Shown here piece after piece: positions 52,643 through 63,797 of a stretch of 64,000 nucleotides of DNA (position 1 is its first letter; every line of letters begins with the position of its first letter). A model generated the notes under the pieces. The model worked only from the letters and a program-made list of their open reading frames with translations. It was not told where the DNA came from and did not search any database. The translations under genes were made by a program, and so were the position numbers. The stretch is from assembly GCA_964019335.1 (NCBI GenBank), contig OZ025696.1, positions 124,001 to 188,000 on the forward strand. The letters are read 5' to 3'. Source of the stretch: Diplonema japonicum (Eukaryota; Protista; Euglenozoa: Diplonemea).

Positions 52643-53448
52643 TTACTGTTTGGGGCACGTGGCCCCACTTCCCAAGAGAAGGGTTACAACATCAACCCTG
52701 TTTGCTCTCCTTGCTGAAATGAGTGGTGTCGTTCCAGACAGTGTTCTGATGTTGACATCAGCCCCATGATCCAGCAAGGTCCTGCATGCCGCCATGTGTC
52801 CTGATGATGCCGCAACATGAAGGGGTGATACCGAGTGCCCCCTCCACTTCCTCAGAACATCAGGACACACACCAAGAGACAGAAGAATCTCAAGTTCATC
52901 AGGATAGTTGCGGGAGGAGGCCCGAAACATGACAACAAGCTTGTACTCAGTCCCTCCAATGCCCTCAGTGTTGCCTCGTTGCCCCTGATGTACCCACCAC
53001 TCCCGTACTGAAGCATTCCTGACACCTCACTGTGCCGTTGATAATATGAAACAGTTGCCGTAAGCCCCTTCACAGCCCCTTTCATCAGAAGAAGTGACAC
53101 AACATCAGCCCTGCCTGCTTCCGATGCCGACATGAGTGGTGTCCATCCTGATGGTGTTCTGATGTTGACATCAGCCCCATGATCAAGCAAGGTTTTGCAA
53201 GTTGCTAGTCTGCCGCCTGAAGCCGCAAGATGAAGAGGTGAGATGGTTCCACTTCCCCACTTAACCAACGAATTAGGATCAGCACCCTGCAGGATGAGAT
53301 CCTCTATGCCATGGTTGGCTGATACCGCACGGTGAAGAACACCCGAGTCAGGTCCACACAGGAGACTTCTGTTTCCCTCCACTTGTTCGACCATCGCCCT
53401 GCCCCACACCCCCTTCACTGTCCCATGAAACCACCTTCCAAGCCGCAT
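52643..53448 (-). pseudogene. Collapsed, frameshifted copy of the 45317-46834 ankyrin gene
   Basis: 712 bp shorter: two modules lost between homologous linkers, plus a 7-nt deletion (cctcctc) at ~52945. Confidence 0.8.
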
Positions 53449-53621
53449 GTGTAATACCTATTGAGTGCATTGGATGGACAACAAATGTAGAAATGAAGTT
53501 ACTACGCCAATGTACATACTAAACGTTTCATCTAGTTCTAGCTTCTTCCTGCGAGGTATGCTACAGGTTTCCATTGTGTCCCGCGGGAAGAATGAGAGAT
53601 GGGTTAAACGATACAGGGAAA

Positions 53622-54818
53622 CTACTGCCCGTGAGAAATGGCTCCACTTGCCAAGAAAAGTGACACGATTTCTAACCTGAACGCCCTCTTGGCTGAGATG
53701 AGTGGTGTCATTCCCGATGGTGTCTTGATGTTGACATCAGCCCCATGATCAAGCAAGGTCTTGCATACCGCCATGTGTCCTGATGATGCCGCAACATGAA
53801 GGGGTGATACTGGGATGCCACCCATCCACTTCCTCATTACATCAGGACACACACCAAGAGATAGAAGCATCTCAAGTTCATCAGGAAAGTTGTGGGAGGC
53901 GGCCCGCATCATGACAGCAAGCTTGTCCTCCTCACTCAGTCCCTCCATCGCCTTCCGTGTTGCCCAGTTGCACCAGATGTACCCACCACTCCCGTACCGA
54001 AACATTTCTGGCGCAGAAAATGACAAGAGCTTTGCACAGAGTCCCTTCACAGCCCCCTTCTCTAGAAGCAATGCCGCAATATCAGCCCTGCCTGCTTGTG
54101 ATGCCGACATGAGTGGTGTCCTTCCTGATGGTGTTCTGATGTTGACATCAGCCCCATGATCGAGTAATGCTTTGCAGGTGGTAGCATGTCCACTTGCCGC
54201 AGCCACATGAAGGGGTGCCAAGACACCCCCTTTCCATTGGATCACGAAGTCGGGACGCACACCATGGGATAGAAGCATCCTCAGCTCATCAGGGTAATTG
54301 TGGGAGGCGGCCCGAAACATAACAACCAGCTTGTCCTCCTCACTCAGTCCCTCCATCGCCTTCCGTGTTGCCCTGTTGCATCTGATGTACCCGCTGCTTT
54401 CGTACCGAAGCACACACGCCACGTTGGGCTTGAAGGATGAAATGCCTTTTGTCATCAGAGCCTTGAGAGCACCCATTCTTAAAAGAAGTGACACAGTATC
54501 AGCCTTGCCTGCCAGTGATGCCGACATGAGTGGTGTCCTTCCTGATGGTGTTCTAATATTAACATCTTCACCTTGGTCCAGCAATGCCTTGCATGCTGCA
54601 ACGTTTCCATGCGCAGCCGCAAGATGAAGGGCCGAGGAGGTGCCTGTTCCATTTGCGTCAGTACTTTTCACGATTAACAGTTTCTTGCGGGTGGCGTTGC
54701 TTGCTGAACAGGATATCACGCTTTTATCGGAGCAAGCTTTTTGATATTTGTTCCCCCTCGCCTGGTAGGCTATCGCTCTGCCCCATCTCTTGGTGCCATA
54801 CCACCTCGCCACCCTCAT
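53622..54818 (-). CDS. Modular ankyrin-repeat protein (3 core modules)
   Basis: N-terminus MRVARWYGTKRWGRAIAYQARG; same modules. Confidence 0.9.
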   Translation of the reverse strand: MRVARWYGTKRWGRAIAYQARGNKYQKACSDKSVISCSASNATRKKLLIVKSTDANGTGTSSALHLAAAHGNVAACKALLDQGEDVNIRTPSGRTPLMSASLAGKADTVSLLLRMGALKALMTKGISSFKPNVACVLRYESSGYIRCNRATRKAMEGLSEEDKLVVMFRAASHNYPDELRMLLSHGVRPDFVIQWKGGVLAPLHVAAASGHATTCKALLDHGADVNIRTPSGRTPLMSASQAGRADIAALLLEKGAVKGLCAKLLSFSAPEMFRYGSGGYIWCNWATRKAMEGLSEEDKLAVMMRAASHNFPDELEMLLSLGVCPDVMRKWMGGIPVSPLHVAASSGHMAVCKTLLDHGADVNIKTPSGMTPLISAKRAFRLEIVSLFLASGAISHGQ

Positions 54819-55378
54819 GTTTGTAATCCTGAAAGAAAATGGGGTAGATGAGCATCACCCTGAGGAAATAATAGCTTTGAACTCGTCGTTCCTATGTTTG
54901 TCGCTCGAGCAAAGAAGTGCGAGAAGCAGAAGAAAAGAGTAGAACTCAATAAAGTAGAAGATTGACAAGTTCTAATTCTTGCTCAAATTGCACTTTTGGA
55001 TAAAAAGAAAGAAGAAAAAAGTCGCGATGGTGCCCACCCCGCGGACTGGGTCACTTTCTGCAAAAAAAAAATGTTTCTCAACCTGTCTGCTTCCCTCTCC
55101 CTCTCCCGATCCTTCTTCAAGACCTCAAGCACGGCCTCCGTAGAGTTCATGTAAAAAAAAAAAAAAAAAAAAAAAAAACGAGGCAAAATGAATCACTTTT
55201 CCATTTTAACTCTTTTAACATGGCTTTCAGAAGTAAAGGGCAATTTCTGATTGAGGCAACTGACCTGAACTAGAGATTCGTGTCTCGCAGCGGAAGCCGC
55301 ACTTCTTTATCAAGGGAATTAACCCTCTTCCTTGTTATATTACAGTTTTTCTCCCTGTGCTCAGCAATCAATGTTTGT

Positions 55379-57703
55379 TTAGGACACACCAAGAGACAGA
55401 AGAATCTCAAGTTCATCAGGATAGTTGCTATAGGCGGCCTCTATTGTGACAGCAAGCTTGTCCTCCTCACTCAGTCCCTCCATCGCCTTTCGTGTTGCCT
55501 CGTTGCCCCTGATGTACCCACTACTCCCGTACCGAAGCATTCCTGACACCTCACTGTGCCGTTGATAACACGAAACCCTTGCCGTAAGCCCCTTCACAGC
55601 CCCTTTCGTCAGAAGAAGTGACACAACATCAGCCCTGCCTGCTTCCGATGCCGACATGAGTGGTGTCCTTCCTGATGGTGTTCTGATGTTGACATCAGCC
55701 CCATGATCAAGCAAGGTCCTGCATGCCGCTATGTGTCCTGATGATGCCGCAATGTGAAGGGGTGAAACACGGGCATTTCCTGACTTGAATAGCCTGTTGG
55801 GATCTGAACCACCCTTGACAAGAAGGCCACACAAAGTGGAATCCCCCACTCGTGCTGCCAACTGTAAATCTTCAGCCTTACTGCTTTTCGTTTTTTTTAG
55901 CACAGGGATTCCCTTAGTACCCTTCTGAAGAAGCGCCACAACATCAGCCCTGCCTGCTCGTGATGCCGACATAAGTGGTGTCCTTCCTGATGGTGTCTTG
56001 ATGTTGACATCAGCCCCATGATCAAGCAAAATCTTGCATGCCGCCATGTGTCCTGCTGATGCCGCAACATGAAGGGGTGATACCTGAATGCCACCCCTTC
56101 CCTTCCATTTCCTCAGAAAATCAGGACACACACCAAGAGACAAAAGCATCTCAAGTTCATCTGGGAAGTTGCGGAAGGCGGCCCGAAACATGACAACCAG
56201 CTTGTCCTCCTCACTCAGTCCCTCCATCGCCTTCAGTGTTGCCTTGTTGCCCCTGATGTACCCACCACTCCCGTACCGAAGCATCATTTTACCAGATGGA
56301 GCAGAAAATGATAAGAGCCCTTTCAGGGCGCCCTTCTGAAGGAGATGTGCCATAACATCAGCCCTGCCTGCTTGTGCTGCCGTCATGAGTGGTGTCCTTC
56401 CTGATGGTGTTCTGACATTCACGCAAAGGGGGGGTCGTTTCCTTTTACGACGACTGTTGCCTAGCGTCTTCTGAATGAGTGCCACAACAGCTTGTGATGC
56501 CGACATGAGTGGTGTCTTGATGTCATCAGCCCCATGACCTAGTAACCTTCTGTATGCTGCCGCCTTCGCTGATATGAGTGGGTTCCTTCCAAATGGTGTT
56601 CTGATGTTGACATCAGCCCCATGATCAAGCAAAGTCTTGCATGCCGCCATGTGTCCTGATGATGCCGCAACGTGAAGGGGTGATACTTGGCTACCACCCA
56701 TCCACTGTTTCATTACATCAGGACGTATACCAAGAGACAGAAGAATCTCAAGTTCATCAGGAAAATTACGGTAGGCTGCCCGAAACATAACAGCCAGCTT
56801 GTCCTCCTCACTCAGTCCCTCCATCGCCTTCCGTGTTGCCTTGTTGCCCCTGATGTACCCACCACTCCCGTACCGAAGCATCATTTTACCTGTCGTAGAA
56901 AAGGAGAAGAGCTTTGCACAGAGTCCCTTCACAGCCCCTTTCTGGAGGAGAAGTGCTACAACATCAGCCCTGCCTACTTGTGATGCCGACATGAGTGGTG
57001 TTCTTCCTGATGGTGTTCTGATGTTGACATCAGCCCCATGATCGAGTAATGCTTTGCAGGTGGTAGCATGTCCACTTGCCGCAGCCACATGAAGGGGTGC
57101 CAAGACACCCCCTTTCCATTGGATCACGAAGTCGGGACGCACACCATGGGATAGAAGCATCCTCAGCTCATCAGGGTAATTGTGGGAGGCGGCCCGAAAC
57201 ATAACAACCAGCTTGTCCTCCTCACTCAGTCCCTCCATCGCCTTCCGTGTTGCCCTGTTGCATCTGATGTACCCGCTGCTTTCGTACCGAAGCACACACG
57301 CCACGTTGGGCTTGAAGGATGAAATGCCTTTCGTCATCAGAGCCTTGAGAGCACCCATTCTTAAAAGAAGTGACACAGTATCAGCCTTGCCTGCCAGTGA
57401 TGCCGACATGAGTGGTGTCCTTCCTGATGGTGTTCTAATATTAACATCTTCACCTTGGTCCAGCAATGCCTTGCATGCTGCAACGTTTCCATGCGCAGCC
57501 GCAAGATGAAGGGCCGAGGAGGTGCCTGTTCCATTTGCGTCAGTACTTTTCACGATTAACAGTTTCTTGCGGGTGGCGTTGCTTGCTGAACAGGATATCA
57601 CGCTTTTATCGGAGCAAGCTTTTTGATATTTGTTCCCCCTCGCCTGGTAGGCTATCGCTCTGCCCCATCTCTTGGTGCCGTACCACCATCTCGCCACCCT
57701 CAT
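55379..57703 (-). CDS. Modular ankyrin-repeat protein, longest member, ends mid-module
   Basis: First ~240 aa near-identical to 53622-54818; stops at LLSLGVS*. Confidence 0.8.
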   Translation of the reverse strand: MRVARWWYGTKRWGRAIAYQARGNKYQKACSDKSVISCSASNATRKKLLIVKSTDANGTGTSSALHLAAAHGNVAACKALLDQGEDVNIRTPSGRTPLMSASLAGKADTVSLLLRMGALKALMTKGISSFKPNVACVLRYESSGYIRCNRATRKAMEGLSEEDKLVVMFRAASHNYPDELRMLLSHGVRPDFVIQWKGGVLAPLHVAAASGHATTCKALLDHGADVNIRTPSGRTPLMSASQVGRADVVALLLQKGAVKGLCAKLFSFSTTGKMMLRYGSGGYIRGNKATRKAMEGLSEEDKLAVMFRAAYRNFPDELEILLSLGIRPDVMKQWMGGSQVSPLHVAASSGHMAACKTLLDHGADVNIRTPFGRNPLISAKAAAYRRLLGHGADDIKTPLMSASQAVVALIQKTLGNSRRKRKRPPLCVNVRTPSGRTPLMTAAQAGRADVMAHLLQKGALKGLLSFSAPSGKMMLRYGSGGYIRGNKATLKAMEGLSEEDKLVVMFRAAFRNFPDELEMLLSLGVCPDFLRKWKGRGGIQVSPLHVAASAGHMAACKILLDHGADVNIKTPSGRTPLMSASRAGRADVVALLQKGTKGIPVLKKTKSSKAEDLQLAARVGDSTLCGLLVKGGSDPNRLFKSGNARVSPLHIAASSGHIAACRTLLDHGADVNIRTPSGRTPLMSASEAGRADVVSLLLTKGAVKGLTARVSCYQRHSEVSGMLRYGSSGYIRGNEATRKAMEGLSEEDKLAVTIEAAYSNYPDELEILLSLGVS

Positions 57704-58151
57704 GTTGTTTTGTAATATCCCTGAGAAGGAAATAAAATAAAATAAAAAATAGATGGGGAAAGGGGAAAAAAAAAGAAATAGCAAAAAAAAAAGGGGGGGG
57801 GAAAAAAATCATTATTATTTGTTTTGTTTTTTTCCCCCCCCTTTTCTTTTTTTTAATAAGTTGGTCGCAAAAACAGGGGAGGAAGGGGTGGGAATTGCAA
57901 AAAAAAAAAAAAAAAAAAGAATAAAAATAAAAAACCGCAAACCCACAAACCCCGGCGGGTTTGCGGTGTGCCCGTCTGCTTTTAAAAAGAACATCTTTGC
58001 AAAAAATAAAAGGGGGGGGGGGGGGAAACATTTATATATATATTTTTTTCTTATTCTGGCGGATAATCCTTTCCATCAGGGCGGAAAGACAAGAATTTAC
58101 ACATAAAAAAAAAAAAACGTTTGAAAAAGGGACAATTACAGATTCCCTATG

Positions 58152-58194
<43 letters not shown>

Positions 58195-58198
<4 letters not shown>

Positions 58199-58845
58199 GC
58201 AGGAGGCTCCGGGTGGCTCACCACGACGCAGTCGCCTTCGTGGAGAAGGGACACTGCCCCGTAGATGGATCCTGTCCCGTGGAGGTCACACGCCTTTCCA
58301 AGCTTCTTCCCGTTTTTGTAAACGTACATCGCAGGGCCCGACATCAGAATCCCAATGGTGTCACCTTGCTTGGCTTGCTCTGCAAAGGGCATGTCGGCCG
58401 CCTTGTGGTAAGAGTGGCCGTACTTGGTACCATACCCCCAAGAGAAGGCGGTGGTGCCTAAGAAATTGTCCTTTGGCATGGATTCTAGGGTGAGGCCGAG
58501 AACGATTTGTTGATTGACGACCTTCTTCAGTTTTTTAAGATAAAACTCAAAGTATCTTCTTGCGCCCACTGCCGTACCTGGTTTGATCCGTGCGGAGTTC
58601 CACTGGCCGTCGTTGCCGGTTTTCTTCAACACAAGGCCGCCGTTGCTAACGTCGAAGTGCGAGGCTTTGGTGACGAATCCGCCCTTAGGGTCCATGGGGG
58701 TTGAGCTTCCTTTCCTGGCAACGGGGGGTCCTTTGGGGGAACGTTCTCCTAGCTGTTGAACAAGCTCCCCAAAGGGCATGTTTGGGTCAACGTCGCGACA
58801 CAGTGCCAGCACTTCACCGACTGACATGTTGTTTAGTTGGTCCAT
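58195..58845 (-). CDS. SPRY-domain protein
   Basis: RRYFEFY, IVLGLT, FLGTTAFSWGY, QGDTIGI, VYKNGKKLGKA, IYGAVSL. Confidence 0.85.
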
Positions 58846-59750
58846 TTTTTTTTTTTTTTTGTTGTTGTTGTTGTTGTGTCTGAAAAAAACCCATAGATTT
58901 TTGAGCATTTTTTTTTTTTTTAAAATTTAGAGAAAAAACCCTCCTTCCTTTCACCTTCTTCAGTACCTTCCTAGCTCCCATGTGTGCCAGATCTTCTTCA
59001 AAGAAAAAACAAAGTGCGAGAGGCAGAGAAAAAGAGGAACTAGCCGTAGTAGTTTTTGTGTGCGTTTTCCGGGTAAAAAAAAAAAAAAAAAAAAAAAACC
59101 TGGAGAAGTTTGCAAACCCGTAAGCACGTTGTCGTCGTTCCCCTTATTTAGACAAGTCAATGACCCGTTTTTGCAAAAAAAAGGGGGGGGAGGTGATAGT
59201 TCTTTGGCTCGGCACAGGTTTACAAGGGTTTTAACAATCCTTCTTTTTTTTTTTTGGCAATTTATAGGAGAAAGAAAAGAAAAGAAAAAAAAAAGAGATA
59301 GGGGGAGAAAAAACTTTTTCAAAAGAAAAAAAAGGGGGGGGAGGGCAGGGTCATTATTCATTTTTTTTCTTTGCACGGGATAAAAAAAAAGAAAAGCTAG
59401 TTTTTTTTTATCATTTTTTGTAAATGAGTACGATCTCCCCCAATTCCTTCCTCTTGGAAAAAAAAAAAAAAAAAAAAAAAGGAAATATAGTAATCGGTCG
59501 AGTTTCCATTGTCGCAAAAATGAATCTTATCTTCACTACTATTGTGACACTGTAGGCCACTCTCAGCCACTGAGGACGTTCTTCAAGTAGAACACTTGAA
59601 CGACTGGTGGATAACCCCTCCGAGAAAGAAAAAAAGAAGAAGGAAAAAAAAAAAAAAAGAACACAAAGTTTTGAAAGAGGGATACAAAGAGAAGAAAAGA
59701 AGACATAAGAAAACTTAGGGTCAAATGGGGCTGGGGGGCACGAATCAAAT

Positions 59751-59787
<37 letters not shown>

Positions 59788-61504
59788 ACGCACACCAACC
59801 CACAGAAAACCCTAAAAAAAAGAGAGGAAGCAAAGGATAAATAAATAAGAGAGGAAGAAGCGTTTTTTTTTCTTTTTTTTTTTTTTCCCTTTCTTTTTTC
59901 TTTTTTTTTTTGGAGGCCAGATGAAAAAGTATGAGGGGGAGGAAAGGGAGCCAGAAGTATTTTCTTTTTTTTTTTTTCTTGCGCACAAAGAAGAGGGTAT
60001 CTTTTAGTTGGCTTTTCCAGTGAAGCTGTAAAGCAACCTTCAAGACAAAGTCATGAGTAGAATCGTAAAAATTGCTTGCTGTGTGCACTCATTGAGTTAA
60101 CACTTACGGTTACAAAAGAGTATGTTATTCTCCAAAAGAAACCAGTGTAAAATCAGCTGGATGCACACATTTAGCCCTTTTACAGACAGAGAAGAACACT
60201 TTGATAATTTTTCCCGTTTCTTCTTCTTTCCTGATTGGTGCGGGAAAAAAAAAAGATTTTAAAAAGGGGGGGGGAGCGCATGAACTCATAACAGTTCTTC
60301 CCGAACAAAAATTCTCCGAACCTACTTTTAAATGAAGGACGGAAAAAAAAAAATGGAGAGACTTAGAAAAAAAAAAAGGAAAAAGGGGGGAAAAAAAGGA
60401 GGGGGGAAACAAATAAGGAGGACAGACAGTTTTTCTTTTTTTTTTTTTTTTTTGATTTTGGTTTTGGTTTTGGTTTTGGTTTTTTTACCCCAGCAAAACA
60501 AAACCTAAAGAAAAGAACTCTGTTCGTTTTCTTCGTTTCTCTTTTTTTTTTTTTTTTTTTCAAATCGAATGCAATATGGTTAAAATTGATAATAAAAACT
60601 TGTTTTTCTTTTTTGTGCCAAATATGGATTCATTTCTGCAGGATTTTACCTTTGTTTTCTTTCCCCCTTACTCGAGCGAAGAACCAAAAAACAACAAGTA
60701 TTTACCATATTCTTCTTCTTCTTCTTTTTTTTTCTTTTGAAAATGAAAAGAAGCCTTGCCCCTTTTTCCTAATCTTTCCTTTTTACACACACATTCTATA
60801 CAGAAACATATAAACGGAGGGGGAAAAAAAAAATGGAAATTACACTCACGAAAATTTAATCTTTTTGAATACTTTTTTTTTTTCTTCTATTTGTTGTTGC
60901 TGCTTCTTTTTCGTTTTTTTTTTCTTTTCTTTTTTCTTTTCTTTTTTTTTTTTTTTTTGACGTATTCCTAATAAGAAATACTCGTTGTGGTGGCCAAATA
61001 ACTAGTTTTCTTCGTCTCGTTTATAGAATTGTAAAAACAAAAAAGAAAAATGTGAATTGATTTTAACTAAGTTTAATGGGGCCATGAAGTACGTCGGTGG
61101 CACAGCGGACGTCCTTGCTGAAGCTTCGCCCCTGTAGCTTTCTCAAGCCCCTTAGTACCGTAGAAGAAAAAGAAATTAAATACGAATAAAAATAACTCGT
61201 TGCACTGCGGAACAACGTAAGTCTCCGTCTTTTTATTTGAGAACGGAAAAAAAAATAAAAAAAGATTTAAAAAGCTTTGACTTATGAGGGTGAGTCAAGG
61301 AAAGGGGGGAGATGGGGAGGGGGGGAAACACAAGAGTTTCATTTACTTACTGCAACAGTAAAAGAAAAAAAAAGGGGGGTAGAAACTAAGTAGGTTACTC
61401 ATTTCCCCCTCTTTCCATTTGTCTCCCCCCCCCCCCCCCCCCCTTTTCCTCTTGTTTTTCTTGTTTTATGGCAAGATAAAAAGGTGTCGTTGAAGGGAAC
61501 CTGC

Positions 61505-61535
<31 letters not shown>

Positions 61536-61707
61536 GAAACGATACCCAACTAAGTGGTCATATTCATTTGCAACGTAGCTCTTTTTTTTTTTTTTTTTTT
61601 TTTTTTTGCCCGGGGAAGAAAAAAACTCAAAGTGCAGGACAAACCCCCTCATGGAGGGCCGCCCTTGGGTGGGTTGAGGGGGGGGGGGCTATCTATTTCT
61701 CCCCTCA

Positions 61708-62607
61708 TTACATCTCACCAGATTCATACCCAACAAACCTCTTGTTTCCGTTAGGGAGGGCAGGGTCGGTCTTGTGCCAGTTTCGGTAGTTTCGCAATGT
61801 GAGTTTTGCGCTTTTGTACCCTTTGTGGAGGGTGTATGTTGACCCGTCTGGAAGCCTGCCGGGACCGGTTAGGGAGAAGTAAAACAATCTTCGTCGTTTC
61901 TTTGAAAGATTCGCGTTGGCACGATGCTGGGTGGTGGAGTCCATGATCAGAATGTCACCCTGCGAGAGTGTGGCAGAGACCTTCGCAGAACTGTCGATCA
62001 GCTTAGAACACGGTGCACGCTTTGCCGCAGTAATCTCCTTTTCACACTGCGACAGCCACTCCCCCTTATGAGAGCCTGTCACCAGCCCTGTAGGACCCAT
62101 TAAATCTTCGACATCTTCAAGTGCGACAAAGTACGTGTACAGCTTTGCAACATCCTTCTCGGGAATGGTGTCAGCGTGCCATTTCTGATACTTCGCACCA
62201 GGGTCGTTGACCATTATTCCCATGGCTACGAGTAGTGCGTCTGGTCCAAGGGTGTCTTTGATGGTACGGTAGAGCTTGTCGATTATGGTGACGCAGATTT
62301 TTTGAACGGCCTCGTCCATGACTACTGGGAGGTTGTAGTGGTGGTTGCCCTTTGTCTGTCTGGGTTTTATCTCCTCCACCTTTCCGAGCATGGTTTCGCA
62401 CTCCTTCTTGTCCAGGACCCCGTCTACACGGAGCATCCCGTTCTTATCCATGCTCCGCTTGCCTTGCATGTCCTTGTTCACCTCCGCCACGGAGGCTCCC
62501 GCTGACGAGATGGTGAATTCCTTCTTATCGACACCGGAGGAAGCCTCGTCTTCCCATATTTTTAAAGAGCCGAGCACGGCTGTTAGAAGAAGCGATGCAG
62601 CGAGCAT
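61708..62607 (-). CDS. PhyH-family 2OG/Fe(II) dioxygenase with signal peptide
   Basis: PGAKYQKWHADT, FVALEDVEDLMGPT..GSH, GDILIMDSTTQHRANAN..RR. Confidence 0.85.
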   Translation of the reverse strand: MLAASLLLTAVLGSLKIWEDEASSGVDKKEFTISSAGASVAEVNKDMQGKRSMDKNGMLRVDGVLDKKECETMLGKVEEIKPRQTKGNHHYNLPVVMDEAVQKICVTIIDKLYRTIKDTLGPDALLVAMGIMVNDPGAKYQKWHADTIPEKDVAKLYTYFVALEDVEDLMGPTGLVTGSHKGEWLSQCEKEITAAKRAPCSKLIDSSAKVSATLSQGDILIMDSTTQHRANANLSKKRRRLFYFSLTGPGRLPDGSTYTLHKGYKSAKLTLRNYRNWHKTDPALPNGNKRFVGYESGEM

Positions 62608-62696
62608 ATTTGTCACCTTAATTCCCCTTTTTTTTTTTTGAGGGGAAAAAAAAAAAAAAAAAGATAATAAACGTTGCATTTTTTTTTTTCCCCCCC

Positions 62697-63797
62697 TCAC
62701 GGGTACACATCACGGCCGGATGGTTGCTGCTCCCATCCTGGGGTGGGGGGTTCATCGTAAGAACTGTTTCTGACCCAATTAGTGCTCCACCCCCACCACC
62801 CATCAGAGTACATAGCCGCAGGAACGTCCATCATAGACGCATACATAAAAGCAAGCGAAGCACGGTACCCACTAGCACAGTATATGTAAAGAGGAACCGA
62901 TTTCGTGTTGATGCTCCCCGCATGCCAGTAATCCAATATTACGGAGGGAGGGTGAAGAATCCCGTTTGGTTGGGTGTATGTACCAGCATTGGCCTGCGAA
63001 CCCCAAGCGGCGAAGGGAATACGCCCTTTTTCAAGTAAACGCGAAGACCCACTAGACTTCCCCTCGTACTCTTCAAGCGATCTCACATCAACCATTTGAA
63101 CAAGGTTGGTGGAGAATACTTTTTCCACGTCCGAGGTAGATAGCAACACGTTTTTGTGAAACGAAGCTTTAAAGGATGTAGAGGTCAGGTTCCGGACTGT
63201 CTCCTCTACTGGATAGCCCTCGTCGACCCATACTGAGAAGGAACCGTTCATTACCCTGACGTCCTCAACGCCAATATAACTGAGAATGAACCATAGCCTG
63301 CTGGCATAGACTGGGTTTGAACTGTATATGATTGTGGTGCATTTCTTACAGACGCCGAGGGAACCCGCATTTTCTGCAAGTTTATCATCTGGGAGGAGAA
63401 AATTTGTGGGATAGCCGTTTTCGTAAAGATCGGCATCGCTGTGGACAGAATGTGGGATGTGGCCTTCGAGGTAGGTGGCGTTGCCTCGTTGGGTCTCGAA
63501 GATTACGAGATCTCGCTTTTCATCGTAGTTGTTTGGTTTTGGACCAGAGTGGTACTTGTAGTCGATGGCCTTCTTCACCCACTGTACCGGCATGACCTGG
63601 GCTTTCATCTTCCCAGATGCGGGTGTTGGTGGGTCGTCGTTGTTGTCATCAGTTGTGTCTTTTGTTATTATGGCCACGACGAGCGCGAGAACGAGAACCG
63701 ACAGGATGGCGATCGCCACCGCTTTTTCGTCTTTCCACCATGGTTTTTTGCTGCGTGGGTTTGGGTAGTTGTTGAGGGAGTGTTTCTCTTCTTCCAT
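62697..63797 (-). CDS. Tandem-rhodanese sulfurtransferase with N-terminal membrane anchor
   Basis: YLEGHIPHS, ASRLWFIL, VDVRSLEEYEG, active-site YCASGYRAS, YSDGWWGW. Confidence 0.9.
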   Translation of the reverse strand: MEEEKHSLNNYPNPRSKKPWWKDEKAVAIAILSVLVLALVVAIITKDTTDDNNDDPPTPASGKMKAQVMPVQWVKKAIDYKYHSGPKPNNYDEKRDLVIFETQRGNATYLEGHIPHSVHSDADLYENGYPTNFLLPDDKLAENAGSLGVCKKCTTIIYSSNPVYASRLWFILSYIGVEDVRVMNGSFSVWVDEGYPVEETVRNLTSTSFKASFHKNVLLSTSDVEKVFSTNLVQMVDVRSLEEYEGKSSGSSRLLEKGRIPFAAWGSQANAGTYTQPNGILHPPSVILDYWHAGSINTKSVPLYIYCASGYRASLAFMYASMMDVPAAMYSDGWWGWSTNWVRNSSYDEPPTPGWEQQPSGRDVYP

